A DNA stretch of 63,632 nt, filler included, from Octopus bimaculoides (GCF_001194135.2; 5 parts of 5 records of this genome joined end to end with filler, not necessarily neighbours in it), one strand, 5' to 3'; shown: positions 1 to 10,923, counted from the whole stretch's first letter. A program made the numbers and translations. Notes: a model not told the origin generated them from the letters alone.

Positions 1-357
1 CAGGCAAGGGACCTTTGGAAATTATCCATGGGCCCCGGCCCGAAAGTTCTCCTGAACAGACTGCTTAGCTGATTATCCTCGACGCCTAAAGTTTCCCCGA
101 GAATGTCGTCGCACTTTTCTCCCACTAACCCTCTATAGAGCGCTAGAGTGGAGCTACTACTGATCGCACTGCCCGCCTGACTGAGGGCGGTGAGAGCTTG
201 GCGGCACTCGAGGTGCCAAGCGCCCTTTCTCGGTCTACGTTTGATCGAGGATTGCAGCTCTGTTAAAGAAACGAGCTGCGGAAAATCGCGTCTGACGAAA
301 GGCAACCACACCTGTTCACCGTCCACGAAACGCTTGAGATGTCGTAGCCTGTCACAG
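1..357 (-). mobile_element. Tx1/L1-like non-LTR retrotransposon ORF2 C-terminal fragment
   Basis: Manual minus-strand translation is open for about 120 codons with no ATG (RLRHLKRFVDGEQVWLPFVRR...LYRGLV...TFGPGPMDNFQRSLA). It resembles the post-RT region of Tx1-like ORF2 and runs off the window start. Confidence 0.65.
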
Positions 358-360
358 GAT

Positions 361-508
361 TACTCATTTTTGCTAGCTGAGTGGATTGGAGTGGCATGAA
401 ATGAAGTGTCTTGCTCAAGAACACAATGCGTTGCCTGGTCCAGGAATCAAAACCTCAATCTTATGATCATGAGTCCAACACCTTAACCACTAAACCACAT
501 GCCTCCAC
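361..508 (-). mobile_element. tRNA-derived SINE 5' part (tRNA-like head plus CORE-like segment)
   Basis: Reverse complement GTGGAGGCATGTGGTTTAGTGGTTAAGGTGTTGGACTC...GATTCCTGG...GTTCTTGAGCAAGACAC has A/B-box-like motifs. A related decayed copy lies at about 59085-59222. Confidence 0.7.
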
Positions 509-1325
509 TCGAATTATTTAATCCTATGCAATATTTTGTCAATCATTATGTCAACTGCAATCCCAAAGTTCAACACAAGACAATTTGGAAGTTGTGGATC
601 ACTATACACACAACACACATCATGTGCTGTAATCATGAAGAATTTGACCTTTCATCCGTCTATGATTGATAAAATAAATGCTCAGCCTCATTCAACCAAT
701 TATATCAACATCCTAAAAATGTAAGACCTACTCCCAATATAAATAACTGTTATTTCATATCTCTACCTTAAGTGTCAATGCTTTAATGCTTGTGTGTTCA
801 TACTGACACATTTTGGTAAGTCTGCTGTACAGCATATCACCACTCTTCATATTCATTTGAAATCTTATAGTTGAGTTCCAAGTCATCTTCTGCTATAGAC
901 ACCTACCCCAGTGCTATGGCACTTTTTCACTTATTGTCCCATTTATATCATATCACAGCAGTACAGTTGTCTCTCCTGCACACATCAGATGGTGTGGGTC
1001 GATCATACAATGTTAGTCACTTTCTCAACTTGCTTCTATTCCGTACAAGTTAATGTTGCACTTTCAACAGATTTTACAGAATTCCTTTCTCTCCAGTCAT
1101 CTCATGATTTCTGCTTTCAGTATCCTTGTCTTATTTCCATCTACCATCACATTCATTCTTTTGGATGGATAGAAGACTTTTATTGCTAAAACCTTCATTG
1201 CAATTGGTTCCAGTATTAAACAGGTCACTTAAGGAACAGAAACTATTATCTCTAGTGAACCAATATAAAGAGGTAAATGAATAAATGAAAATGTCTAGTT
1301 CCAGACTAAATTAAAGGGAAGAATA

Positions 1326-1675
1326 TAAGGGTTGGCTGAAAAGTTTATAGGCTAACCATGATATTCTCATGGAATGTCACCAAATGGGGTTTATTTTTCA
1401 ACATAGTCCCCCCTTGAAGTCCACACGCTTATTTCATTGGTGTTGCAGTGCTTGGATCACATTGGTGAAGAAGCTTTCGTCCTGTTGTTCAATAAAGTCA
1501 CCAACAGCAGATATGACATCATCATCACTGCAATACTGGTTTACAGCCCAAAGTTGTTTTTGTTTATGTAGGGAAACAAATGATAGTCAAATGGGGCCAA
1601 ATCAGGAGAATAGGGAAGCTAATCAACCAGTTGAAAGCCACAGTCATGCACAGCAGCCAAATTAACACCAGGTCA
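1326..1675 (-). mobile_element. mariner transposon 3' fragment with TIR
   Basis: Minus strand gives YSPDLAPFDYHLF...QYCSDDDVISAVGDFIEQQDESFF...KGDYVEK*. It ends in TIR-like TAAGGGTTGGCTGAAAAGTT next to a TA. Confidence 0.8.
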
Positions 1676-2505
1676 GCAGCAAATACCTATAAATAATACC
1701 CCCACCCCCTGCCACACCTCCCATAGAACACTAACAAAAATTTCAATTAGTTCACTTTGAGGATGACCAAATGGACAGACCTTGATGAAGTTGCACTGCC
1801 AATAATGCAAGGTTGCATTTACAACAGTGAGTAGTCACTGCAGTGGAAACATGTAGGTCATTATAATACGATGCATATAACTATAAAATAAATTTTGTGA
1901 GTGTACAAGTCTCCATACATTTTATTATTAATAATAATATATACTCCACACAATTTTTACCATCCAGGAAAGCATACACAGAATTACCCATCAGAAGAAT
2001 TTACGGAATGACTTAGCAACAAATTGTAGTCAATATAAAAAAATATTTGAAGAAATGAAAACAAAATTTAACTTTTGTATTTGAAGAAAGCAAAAAAAAG
2101 TATATAATCAGGAACTACTTTATACAGGGTGCAACAAAAACGAAATTCCATATTTTATAGGTTAACAAACATTTCAACAGCAAACACATTGTATATATAC
2201 TAATCCAAACCTTGATGGCAAATGACAAAATATGGTGAAACATTAGCTACATGAAGACACCATTACCGCCTGCCAAACTTTATTAGTGCCACACCTANNN
2301 NNNNNNNGTTTGTTCTTGAAAGTGGTGGTTTTCTGCAGCCCTCCTGTGAAATCTGGCTTTGTGGAGCTCCCAGCAAACAGTTTTTGTGGAAACTGGGTTC
2401 TTGAGGTGGCCATTAAGCTCTACTAATCCAAACCTTGATGGCAACTGACAAAATATGGTGAAACATTAGCTACATGAAGACACCATTACCGCCTGNNNNN
2501 NNNNN

Positions 2506-2809
2506 TGTCTCCACACGTATACTCGGCTGGTGGTCAGAAATAAGGTAAAGGATGATTCGTCAAAGAAAATAACATTCTTCCACTGCTCTAGGGACCAATT
2601 CTGTGGTTTTTTTACTTCACTCTAAACACTTTGCAACGTTTGTTCTTGAAAGTGGTGGTTTTCTGCAGCCCTCCTGTGAAATCTGGCTTTGTGGAGCTCC
2701 CAGCAAACAGTTTTTGTGGAAACTGGGTTCTTGAGGTGGCCATTAAGCTCTGCAGTAATTTTGGGAGCTGTACTTTTGTGATCCTTTCTAACAATTCATG
2801 TAAGGGTCC
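2506..2809 (-). mobile_element. Tc1 transposase middle segment on a small contig between gaps; partial duplicate at 2308-2420
   Basis: With frameshifts it reads RTLT*IVRKDHKSTAPKITAELN...HRNWSLEQWKNVIFFDESSFTLF...VYVWRQ, which includes the first catalytic D motif of Tc1. Confidence 0.85.
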
Positions 2810-2821
2810 NNNNNNNNNNTT

Positions 2822-2932
2822 AAACATTTGTGACATTAGGGCAGGGGTTCCAATACATATACCACTGGGCTTCAAGGCAGACTTGTCCCCAGGGCAGATA
2901 TCTTTATTAACAGCAATATTTATCTCTTCAAG
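2822..2932 (-). pseudogene. SHMT: Serine hydroxymethyltransferase-like fragment (37 codons), probably pseudogenic
   Basis: [37 protein letters not shown] matches the conserved SHMT motif LE.+.I..NKNTCPGD+SAL.PSG+R+GTPALTSR.F. It has substitutions at conserved positions, is cut upstream by an LTR and ends downstream at a gap. Confidence 0.75.
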
Positions 2933-2933
2933 G

Positions 2934-3763
2934 TGTGGTACATTGCTCTCAGTAGCTATCTCATGCAGTATGAATTCATTATTCTCCGTTAAGCGGGCCC
3001 ATTGCCACAGGAGAGACGACAAGCGGATTAGCCTAGAGGCCCAACCAGTGAAGTGTGCTCTGCGAGCAGTCGCGGGAAAAAGAGATTGAATCTGGTTGCT
3101 TGGCTGTTTTATCCAGTTTGCCATCGTGAGCCAGTCTCAGAGATGGCAATGGCTGCCGCGAGATCTCATCCAACATAGCGCTGACTGCTTGTGCTGCTAC
3201 AAGGCCTCCCCCCTGAGTACGGCAGTGCAAAAACAGAATAATTGGAGCAGGTGCAAGAAAGAGCAAAGATGGCAACTGATCGCAACAAACAAGATATGGT
3301 ACAAAAATGTGTCAAGTCAAATAGAAAAATAATTGCAAGAAATATAAATTGGTATGCACAAAATTTGATAAAATGTTCAATGGCAGAGTATTGGAACTGT
3401 CCAACCCTAACCCTAACACAAGAAAACGATTGTCTGTCTGGGGCCAATGCACAGTGCAGCCTGTCCTGGTGACATCGGGTTTGTTTGTGTTAGGTAGTAG
3501 CAACGAAGGTGGAGGTGCAGGTGTTGTGGTCAAAGGTGCATCTGAGGGTGGTTGTGTAGGTGGTTGTAAAGGATCAAAGGTGAGCGTGTTTGGGGTGTCA
3601 TCGAAGGGTGTGGACACCTCAAAAAGAGATCGAATCTGGTTGCTTGGCTGTTTTATCCAGTTTGCCATCACGAGCCTCGTTGAGATCTCGCTCCAGTCTT
3701 GGAGATGGCAATGGCTGCCGCGAGATCTCATCCAACATGGCGCTGACTGCTTGTGCTGCTACA
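2934..3763 (-). mobile_element. Internally deleted Ty3/Gypsy LTR retrotransposon
   Basis: The 3' LTR is 2934-3201 (TGTAGC...ACCACA on minus). It is preceded by a polypurine tract AGGGGGGAGG (3205-3214) and an integrase-tail-like TRTGCTVHWP. A second, partial LTR copy is at 3621-3763. Confidence 0.75.
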
Positions 3764-4351
3764 TATTTAAAGCTCATCATATTTTTCATTCGATTCATAG
3801 AAAATAAGGTTAAAATCTACCTTTGAAAAACTGGTTGCATGTCATTTTCTTAGAAATGAATGCAGATGGTTAATAGTGAAGAGAAAAAAAAATCACCTTT
3901 TAGACATGCATGGGTTGAAGAGAGAGAGAGAGAATTATTGTTCAACAACTTGATGGAATGGAAACTTTTAATCAAAATAATTCACAAATTGACTGGGAGA
4001 CTCTTCAACATATTAATGGGTGTGAACACAATAAAACTCCATCTGGCAACTGACTTGGTAGACACCCACAAGATTATCCACCATCTTTCCAACAACAACC
4101 TGAGCATATTTTTGAATTCCATGTTTAACATTCATGAACATGCTAACAATATCAAAAGACAACACAGCACCCATGACTTTCAGAAACATTTTTCTGGCTC
4201 AGAATTGCTGAAGCATGGAATAAACTACCAGCATATCCTTCAAAACTTTCATGCTTTCTGAAGTTTGTCAACAGTACTCTTGATGCCCCTCACCCCAGTT
4301 TCTTCTTTTTTCTTTCTTTTGAAGACTTATTCACTTCCTATGTATATTTTA

Positions 4352-5815
4352 CAGGGGTTGGACAAAATAATGGAAACACCTAGCATCATAGCATCATAAT
4401 TTTGAAATATCTATAAAAGCATCAAAAGCTTGTTTATTTTTATGTTTTTTGATTTATTATTAGTGTTGCTTAATATGTTTTGCTAAAATTGCTGTTTCTT
4501 TTCAGATATCATCAGAAAAAGGTAATTAAAATTCATTAAAATGACAGATCTATCAGACTTTCAAAGAGGTCAAATTGTTGGTGCTCGTATGGCAGGCGCT
4601 AGCATAACAAAAACAGCCAAAATGTTTGGTGTATCAAGAAGTACTGTCTCAAAAGTAATGACAGCCTTTGNNNNNNNNNNNNNNNNNNNNNNNNNNNNNN
4701 NNNNNNNNNNNNNNNNNNNNNNNNNNNNNNNNNNNNNNNNNNNNNNNNNNNNNNNNNNNNNNNNNNNNNNNNNNNNNNNNNNNNNNNNNNNNNNNNNNNN
4801 NNNNNNNNNNNNNNNNNNNNNNNNNNNNNNNNNNNNNNNNNNNNNNNNNNNNNNNNNNNNNNNNNNNNNNNNNNNNNNNNNNNNNNNNNNNNNNNNNNNN
4901 NNNNNNNNNNNNNNNNNNNNNNNNNNNNNNNNNNNNNNNNNNNNNNNNNNNNNNNNNNNNNNNNNNNNNNNNNNNNNNNNNNNNNNNNNNNNNNNNNNNN
5001 NNNNNNNNNNNNNNNNNNNNNNNNNNNNNNNNNNNNNNNNNNNNNNNNNNNNNNNNNNNNNNNNNNNNNNNNNNNNNNNNNNNNNNNNNNNNNNNNNNNN
5101 NNNNNNNNNNNNNNNNNNNNNNNNNNNNNNNNNNNNNNNNNNNNNNNNNNNNNNNNNNNNNNNNNNNNNNNNNNNNNNNNNNNNNNNNNNNNNNNNNNNN
5201 NNNNNNNNNNNNNNNNNNNNNNNNNNNNNNNNNNNNNNNNNNNNNNNNNATTTGTTCCAGACTGCTTTCTTCCAACTGTTAAACACAGAGGAGGATCTGT
5301 GATGTTCAGGGGGAAGCTATATCTTGGAAATCCGCCAGTCCAATGGTTTCCCTTCATGGCACAATTAATAGTCAAGACTATTTAAGCATTTTATCTGATC
5401 AAATTCATCCTATGGTTGTGGAACTATTTCCTGAGGGAAACTCAATCTTTCAGGATGATAATGCACCAATTCACACAGCTGAAGTTGTTACTTAATAGCA
5501 GAAGGAATATTCTAGTGAAGTTGAACATCTTATCTGGCCACCACAGTCCCCAGATCTCAATATTATTGAACATTTATAGTGCATTTTAGAAAAAACAAGT
5601 AAGGAGTCGATATCCTCCACCATCATCACTACAAGAACTGGAGACTGTTTTAACTGAAGAATGGACAGAAATTCCTGTGGAAACAATTCAAACTTTGTAC
5701 GAGTCCATACTTCATAAAATTTAAGCTGTAATTACTGCCAAAGGTGGTCCTATCCCAAATTAAAATAAATTTATTTGAAATTTTAAGGTGTTTCCATTAT
5801 TTTGTCTAACCCCTG
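4352..5815 (+). mobile_element. Tc1-like (DD34E) transposon, near full length, decayed, middle in an N gap
   Basis: About 30-bp TIRs (CAGGGGTTGGACAAAATAATGGAAACACCT / AGGTGTTTCCATTATTTTGTCTAACCCCTG) with TA on both sides. The ORF starts at 4541 (MTDLSDFQRGQIVGARMAGAS...). After the gap are FQDDNAPIH and WPPQSPDLNIIEHL, with stops. Confidence 0.95.
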
Positions 5816-5936
5816 TATGTTCTGTTCATGTGGTATTGGCTAGTTTTTCCGATGAGTTGTAGAGTACTCGAGCACTGTATCCAATAAGTCCATTACTATT
5901 ATTGTTATTATTATTGTCATAATAATTATTATTATT

Positions 5937-6145
5937 AAGATGGCGAGTTGGCAGAATTGTTAGCACACTGGCCAAAATGCTTAGCAGTATTTCATCCATC
6001 TTCACATTCTGAGTTCAAATTCTGCTTTCATCTTTGCTTTCATCCTATACACAATAAAATAAGAACCAGTTGAGCAATGGGGTCAATGTAATTGACTAGC
6101 CCCTCCCCTAAACTTTCAAGCCTCGTGCCTATAGCAGAAAGGATT
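5937..6145 (+). mobile_element. SINE family A (AAGGCGGCGAGCTGGCAGAA...-type), decayed copy
   Basis: Homologous to many copies in the window, e.g. 6895-7098 (-), 39186-39350 (+), 41205-41424 (-), 42694-42890 (+), 44995-45180 (-). Shared core TTCTGAGTTCAAATTC...TTTCATCC...AAGTACCAG. Confidence 0.8.
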
Positions 6146-6240
6146 ATTATTATTATCATTATTATTATCATTATGATTATTTGGTCAACAACAAATATAC
6201 TGATGCCAAATTTAACAACTTATATATCAGTGAAGTTCTG

Positions 6241-6271
<31 letters not shown>

Positions 6272-6739
6272 ATGTGTTCGGTCATCAGTACGGAGAGGAA
6301 GTAACTGAAGACAGTCAAAGTAATAACTGATTATAAAACCTTCTCAATCACTTTTGAAATATTGGCAGGAAAAATCCTAACCATGTACTTCCAGCTGGCT
6401 TGGACAAGTTGATTTTTCAGGTACCAGAACCACTATTGCTTATTTCCATATCAGAATATAAGTATTTCCAGGCAAAGAACAGTTGAAGAATTTGTTAACA
6501 ATAATGGCCAACTTGGAAACACAATATTTTAAAGTAATAAGTAAACCAATTACTAAAATTAAAGGTGGGAGGGAGGGCTTAAAACAAAAATGTTCGGATA
6601 TATGGTAGGTCAACCAGTGATGTAAGTGGATGAGGAGGGGATGAACTGGTATAAGCAAAATGACAAATCGCAGGGAAGTAGAATGTGTTGAAGTCACAAA
6701 GGATATTCTCTGGTACAAATACAAACACCCTCCTCCTCC

Positions 6740-6791
<52 letters not shown>

Positions 6792-6894
6792 TTCAAATTT
6801 TGCCACAAGGGCAGCAACTTTGGGGGAGGTGATGAGTTGATTACATTGACCCCAGTGTTCAACTGGTACTTATTATATCAATCCCTTTCTATTA

Positions 6895-7097
6895 TAGCCA
6901 CAAAGCCTGAAATTTCCAGGGTGGGAGGTAAATCGATCACATCAACCCCAGTACTCAGCTGGTACTTATTTTATCGACCCCAACAGGATGAAAGGCAAAG
7001 TTGACCTTGGTGAAATTTGAATTCAGAACATAGCAACAGGCAAAATACCATTAAGCATTTCGTCCAGAGTGCTAATGATTCTGCCAGCTCACTGCCC

Positions 7098-7098
<1 letters not shown>
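6895..7098 (-). mobile_element. SINE family A copy
   Basis: Reverse complement GGCAGTGAGCTGGCAGAATCATTAGCAC...CTGAATTCAAATTTCACC...AAGTACCAGCTGAGTACTGGGG; it abuts (AAT)n at 7099-7156. Confidence 0.8.
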
Positions 7099-7156
<58 letters not shown>

Positions 7157-7324
7157 TCACTTCTTTGTGAACTAGAGAAAGTGGGATCAAATATGAAAAA
7201 TAAAAATGTTCATATGACAAAACAATACAACATAAAAAAAAAAGAAGATACCTGAGAAGTAAAAGAGAAAATTAAGCAGGACATAGCAGCAAAAAATTGC
7301 CTCATACTACAGTATGAAAAATGG

Positions 7325-8530
7325 GAAATGCTTCTTTCAAGAAAACAGAGAATTTAAAATAAACACGAAAAGACTTTACATAAAGTTAAACAAAATACCA
7401 TATCGATAGATGACATACCAACAACATCAGCAATTCAGTGATACTGGGAAGGAATATGGAGCAAATAAAAAAAACAACACAGCAAAAATTTTCAGTGGAT
7501 AAATAGGGAAACGAAAGGAGGAACAAAATAGCAACAGAGGTATGGCCCACCATCACAGGCCAAGCGATCACAGTCACACTGAGGAATACCAGTAACTGAA
7601 AAATTCCAGGGACAGACAAGGTTCCCACCATCCGGTTGAAACACTTCATCAGTACCCATACCCACATAGCAGCAACATTTAATTTTTTAATAAGCAAATC
7701 AGAATCAACACCAAACTGGATGCTGGAAGGACAAACCACCGTAATTCCCCAAAATAAACACATCATACAACCACAAAATTATAGGCCAATAACATGTCTA
7801 TTGACATCCTACAAAACACACATCAGTCATCTATAACTGGCTTGGAAAACAACAATGTTTTACCAGAAGAACAAAAGGGGTGCCAGAGAGGGATGTATGG
7901 TTGTAAGAAGCAATTTCTGGTTAACCAATCCATTGTAGAGGACTGTAAGAGGAGAAAAACAAACATGAAAGGCAAAATAATGGAAACAGGTCCTAACACC
8001 AATTGGAAAATGTGAAACTAGTACAATGAGACAATTGACCACATCATCTCTGGCTATCCAGTCCTTACCAAATCTAAATATATATGCAGACACAACCAAG
8101 TAAGTAGTTATATCCACTGGACAATATGCCAACACTACAACTTAAAAACTGACAATAAATGGTATTAACATGTGCTAAACAAGATACAAGACAATGACCA
8201 GGCCACAATCTTCTGGCTTAAGCCTGTTCAAACTGACAAAGAAGAAATAATCAAGAATTGAAAAAGAAAAAAAACTTCCTGATTATTGATAGACATTGCA
8301 ATCTCTTCTGACCAAAATACTGTCCGAAAAGAAGTGGAGAAATTGTCAAAGTACAAAGACGTCGAAATTGAAGTATTCAAGATATGGGACATGAAGGTGA
8401 AAATAATAGCAATAATAATTGCAGTACTGAGCATGATAAAAAAACATAGCAGCTATACTTGGATCCTTAACACAACACACTATCCAAAAAATAGCCCTGC
8501 TAGAAACAGCAAGACACCATCAATTCAGTA
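7325..8530 (+). mobile_element. R4/Dong-like non-LTR retrotransposon with restriction-like endonuclease, decayed and internally deleted
   Basis: RT N-terminal motifs (QNYRPITCL; LPEEQKGC). These are followed almost directly by the CCHC/RLE region: ETIDHIISG.P, RHNQV, IIDIAIS, KEVEKLSKYKDVEIEV. Confidence 0.8.
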
Positions 8531-9608
8531 ATATAACCTAAACAAAATAATCCACAAACAAAAGATAGCAAATATCCAATGAAATATACTATCAACAGGC
8601 TGGTTACCCAATGCATTACACACACAGCACACTAATACAACAAAAACTGCATCACATCCCGATAAAAGAAAGAAACTGATGTGTAGTGACGCCTGGTTCC
8701 AGTCACCATTTTGGGATTTTTATCCACACATGTGCAGGGATTAGAGCCTTCTGGAAGGCCTGCAAGAAGCCCCTTATGCGCATACGCTGTCATCAGCAGC
8801 TGCTAGGCTTGACCACTATTCTTCATCCCTGCTGCCAACCTAGATGCATGCAATCTTGACCAGCTCCATGTAGCTGGAGTTCTGAAGGCGTCATACGACA
8901 TTGGCTAACTTGTGGAGAATGCCTTCACAATTATGATTAAACCAACTTTGCTGCTTCCACACCAAGGTGACCTAGCTACTGATTGTCCCAAGATGTAACG
9001 CTTGTACAGACGGAAAATAAATATTGTTATTTGTTCGGTTATTCTTGTTCTGCTATTTTCCTTTCACATTTATGTAAGGAATTGTGTGGCACCCATCCAG
9101 TCAGTGCCAACCTCACTTCCTACAGATGCAATGCAATAAGCAAGAAGAGTTTGCACACTCCCAACAACAAAAAAGAACACAAAATGCTGCACAACAATAA
9201 GTTGGCAAATTCTTATATTTATTTATAGTTATCAAGAGTTTACTTTCTCATGTCACAAAGATACAGTTATATTTACACATAGTTATAGTTATATTTATAC
9301 ACAGTTATCAAGAGTTTACTTTCTTATGTCACAAAGTGCACCATGAAACAATGTACACATACATACTTCGAGAGAAATTTCTAACAATAGAGATATTTGT
9401 ACTGATATTTTGTGTCTCTATTTATAATGAATAGATAACATGCGTATGTCTAAACAGAAGCAAATTTACATCATTGTAGTTATAAATGAAAGGATCACAT
9501 TCTATAATGCAAATACAGTACAATTTCATAAAAATAAGTTTATTATATTTCGTTTTGGGATTTGGTCTGCAAGATTTTTTATGTGAGTTCGTGTGTTGAA
9601 GCATATTC

Positions 9609-9763
9609 TATTGTGTCTGGGGAGAGTCATTTTCTTTTTGTGCCTTATAATTTAACACACACACCAGTAAAATTTCCAAAAATAAGAAATAAGTGGAAAT
9701 TTTACCGGTGAGTGTGTTAAATTATAAGGCACAAAAAGAAAATGACGCTCCCCAGACACAATA
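9609..9763. repeat. Near-perfect inverted repeat, 70-bp arms, 15-bp spacer
   Basis: 9609-9678 is the reverse complement of 9694-9763 with about 3 mismatches. Confidence 0.9.
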
Positions 9764-10030
9764 TTATAAGTTTCTTCTTGTCATAATTTGTCAAGTCTAA
9801 GCTGTTAACTAGTCAATACATGAATGATATTCTGTGAGTTGTCCAGAATTTTTGTTTTAAAATATTGCAATTGAATATGTTGTGTGGAAGTAGAACACCC
9901 CTATTTGGTTGGCTCCTAATGGACATGTGCAGAGAGTTGCGTAGGGTTGAGTGTAATAATATCATTCGTTACATGTACCCTACGTTTGTGCTGTCTGTCC
10001 TTGTAATGTCCATTCTATGTGGTGCTTTAT

Positions 10031-10802
10031 GGCGATCTTTCTATACTAGTCCACCACAACTTCCAGTTGTTGCGAGCACACATACTGATTACATGATCAT
10101 ATAGTGTGTTTATGTGTTTAAAGTTTCAGTTCGGATGGCACCTTAACTCACTCGCACCTTGGCCACAAGTTTGCCGCAGTACGAAGGCATGAGCACCCAT
10201 TCCTCTGTCCTTATTGCCTCTGTGGAGTGCTTTATTGCTTCCTCCTCCGTTGTGAAGCGCACCTTCACAGTGGCGTATCTCCTCCCTATACTGATTACAT
10301 GATCGTATAGTGTGTTTATGTGTTTAAAGTTTGAGAACTGTATGCATCTGAGGGGGAGAAGGTTTGAGTTTCTATTTAATGTTGTCTTTTCATATTTTCA
10401 AGTCATTTAAACACATAAACACACTATACGATTATGTAATTAGTATGAGTGCGCGCAACGACCAGAAGTTGTGGTGGACTAGTATCGAAAGATCGCCGAA
10501 GTTGGCATGCTACTTACCACAGTGGCTGTGGTAAGCAGCAAACAACAAGCAAAAACAAAAAAAACATACCTTCTCTCTCTCTCTCTCCCTCTCTATCTCT
10601 CTTAACCCTAACCCTAACCCTAAACACTAACCCTAACCCTAAAACTAACCCTAAAACCTTAACCCTGACACTAAAACCCTAACCCTAACATCCTAGTGAA
10701 GATTGTGCGGGTGTTACGGAAGAGGCCGATCTTTGTTAAAGATTGCCAAAGACACTTTTTACAGAAAACGCCGATATTTCGGACTGGTATCAAAAGATCG
10801 CC
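10031..10802. mobile_element. Non-autonomous TIR element of unresolved superfamily containing (CCCTAA)n-like repeats
   Basis: Termini are GGCGATCTTTCTATACTAGTCC / GGACTGGTATCAAAAGATCGCC. An internal inverted copy of the first 92 bp lies at 10406-10497, and a degenerate telomere-like tract at 10603-10689. Confidence 0.6.
10127..10287 (-). mobile_element. Tx1/L1-like ORF1 fragment
   Basis: Minus strand reads IGRRYATVKVRFTTEEEAIKHSTEAIRTEEWVLMPSYCGKLVAKVRV. It is flanked by a 45-bp direct repeat. Confidence 0.55.
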
Positions 10803-10880
10803 AATTAACCTTCAAGAAGATACAAGAGAAATAGAAGACAATAAGGTGAAACAGACTTCTCTATCCAGCTGGCAAGCTAC

Positions 10881-10923
10881 TTCAGGCTGATGACGAGCAA
10901 AGACTCAGAAACATGTCCCTGAA
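10881..10923 (+). ncRNA. Minimal type I hammerhead ribozyme motif (Penelope-type)
   Basis: TTCAGG-CTGATGA-c-GAG caaaga CTC-a-GAAA-CATGTC-CCTGAA: 6-bp stem I, intact core, palindromic ACATGT stem III and a GUC cleavage triplet. Confidence 0.75.

Noticed and set aside
280-335. CTGACGA...CGAAA near the window start
   Set aside because: It lies antisense within an open Tx1 coding frame and the stems do not pair; chance match.
2612-3124. 170-aa minus-strand ORF as a real chimeric protein
   Set aside because: It is a fortuitous read-through of LTR sequence, the SHMT fragment, a gap and an off-frame Tc1 piece.
3990-4260. Minus-strand SFDIVSMFMNV resembling the Penelope RT motif SFDV.SLFTNV
   Set aside because: Flanking residues do not continue the motif; too weak to call.
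10603-10689. Telomere repeats as a true chromosome end or fusion site
   Set aside because: They are short, degenerate and enclosed within a TIR-bounded element.
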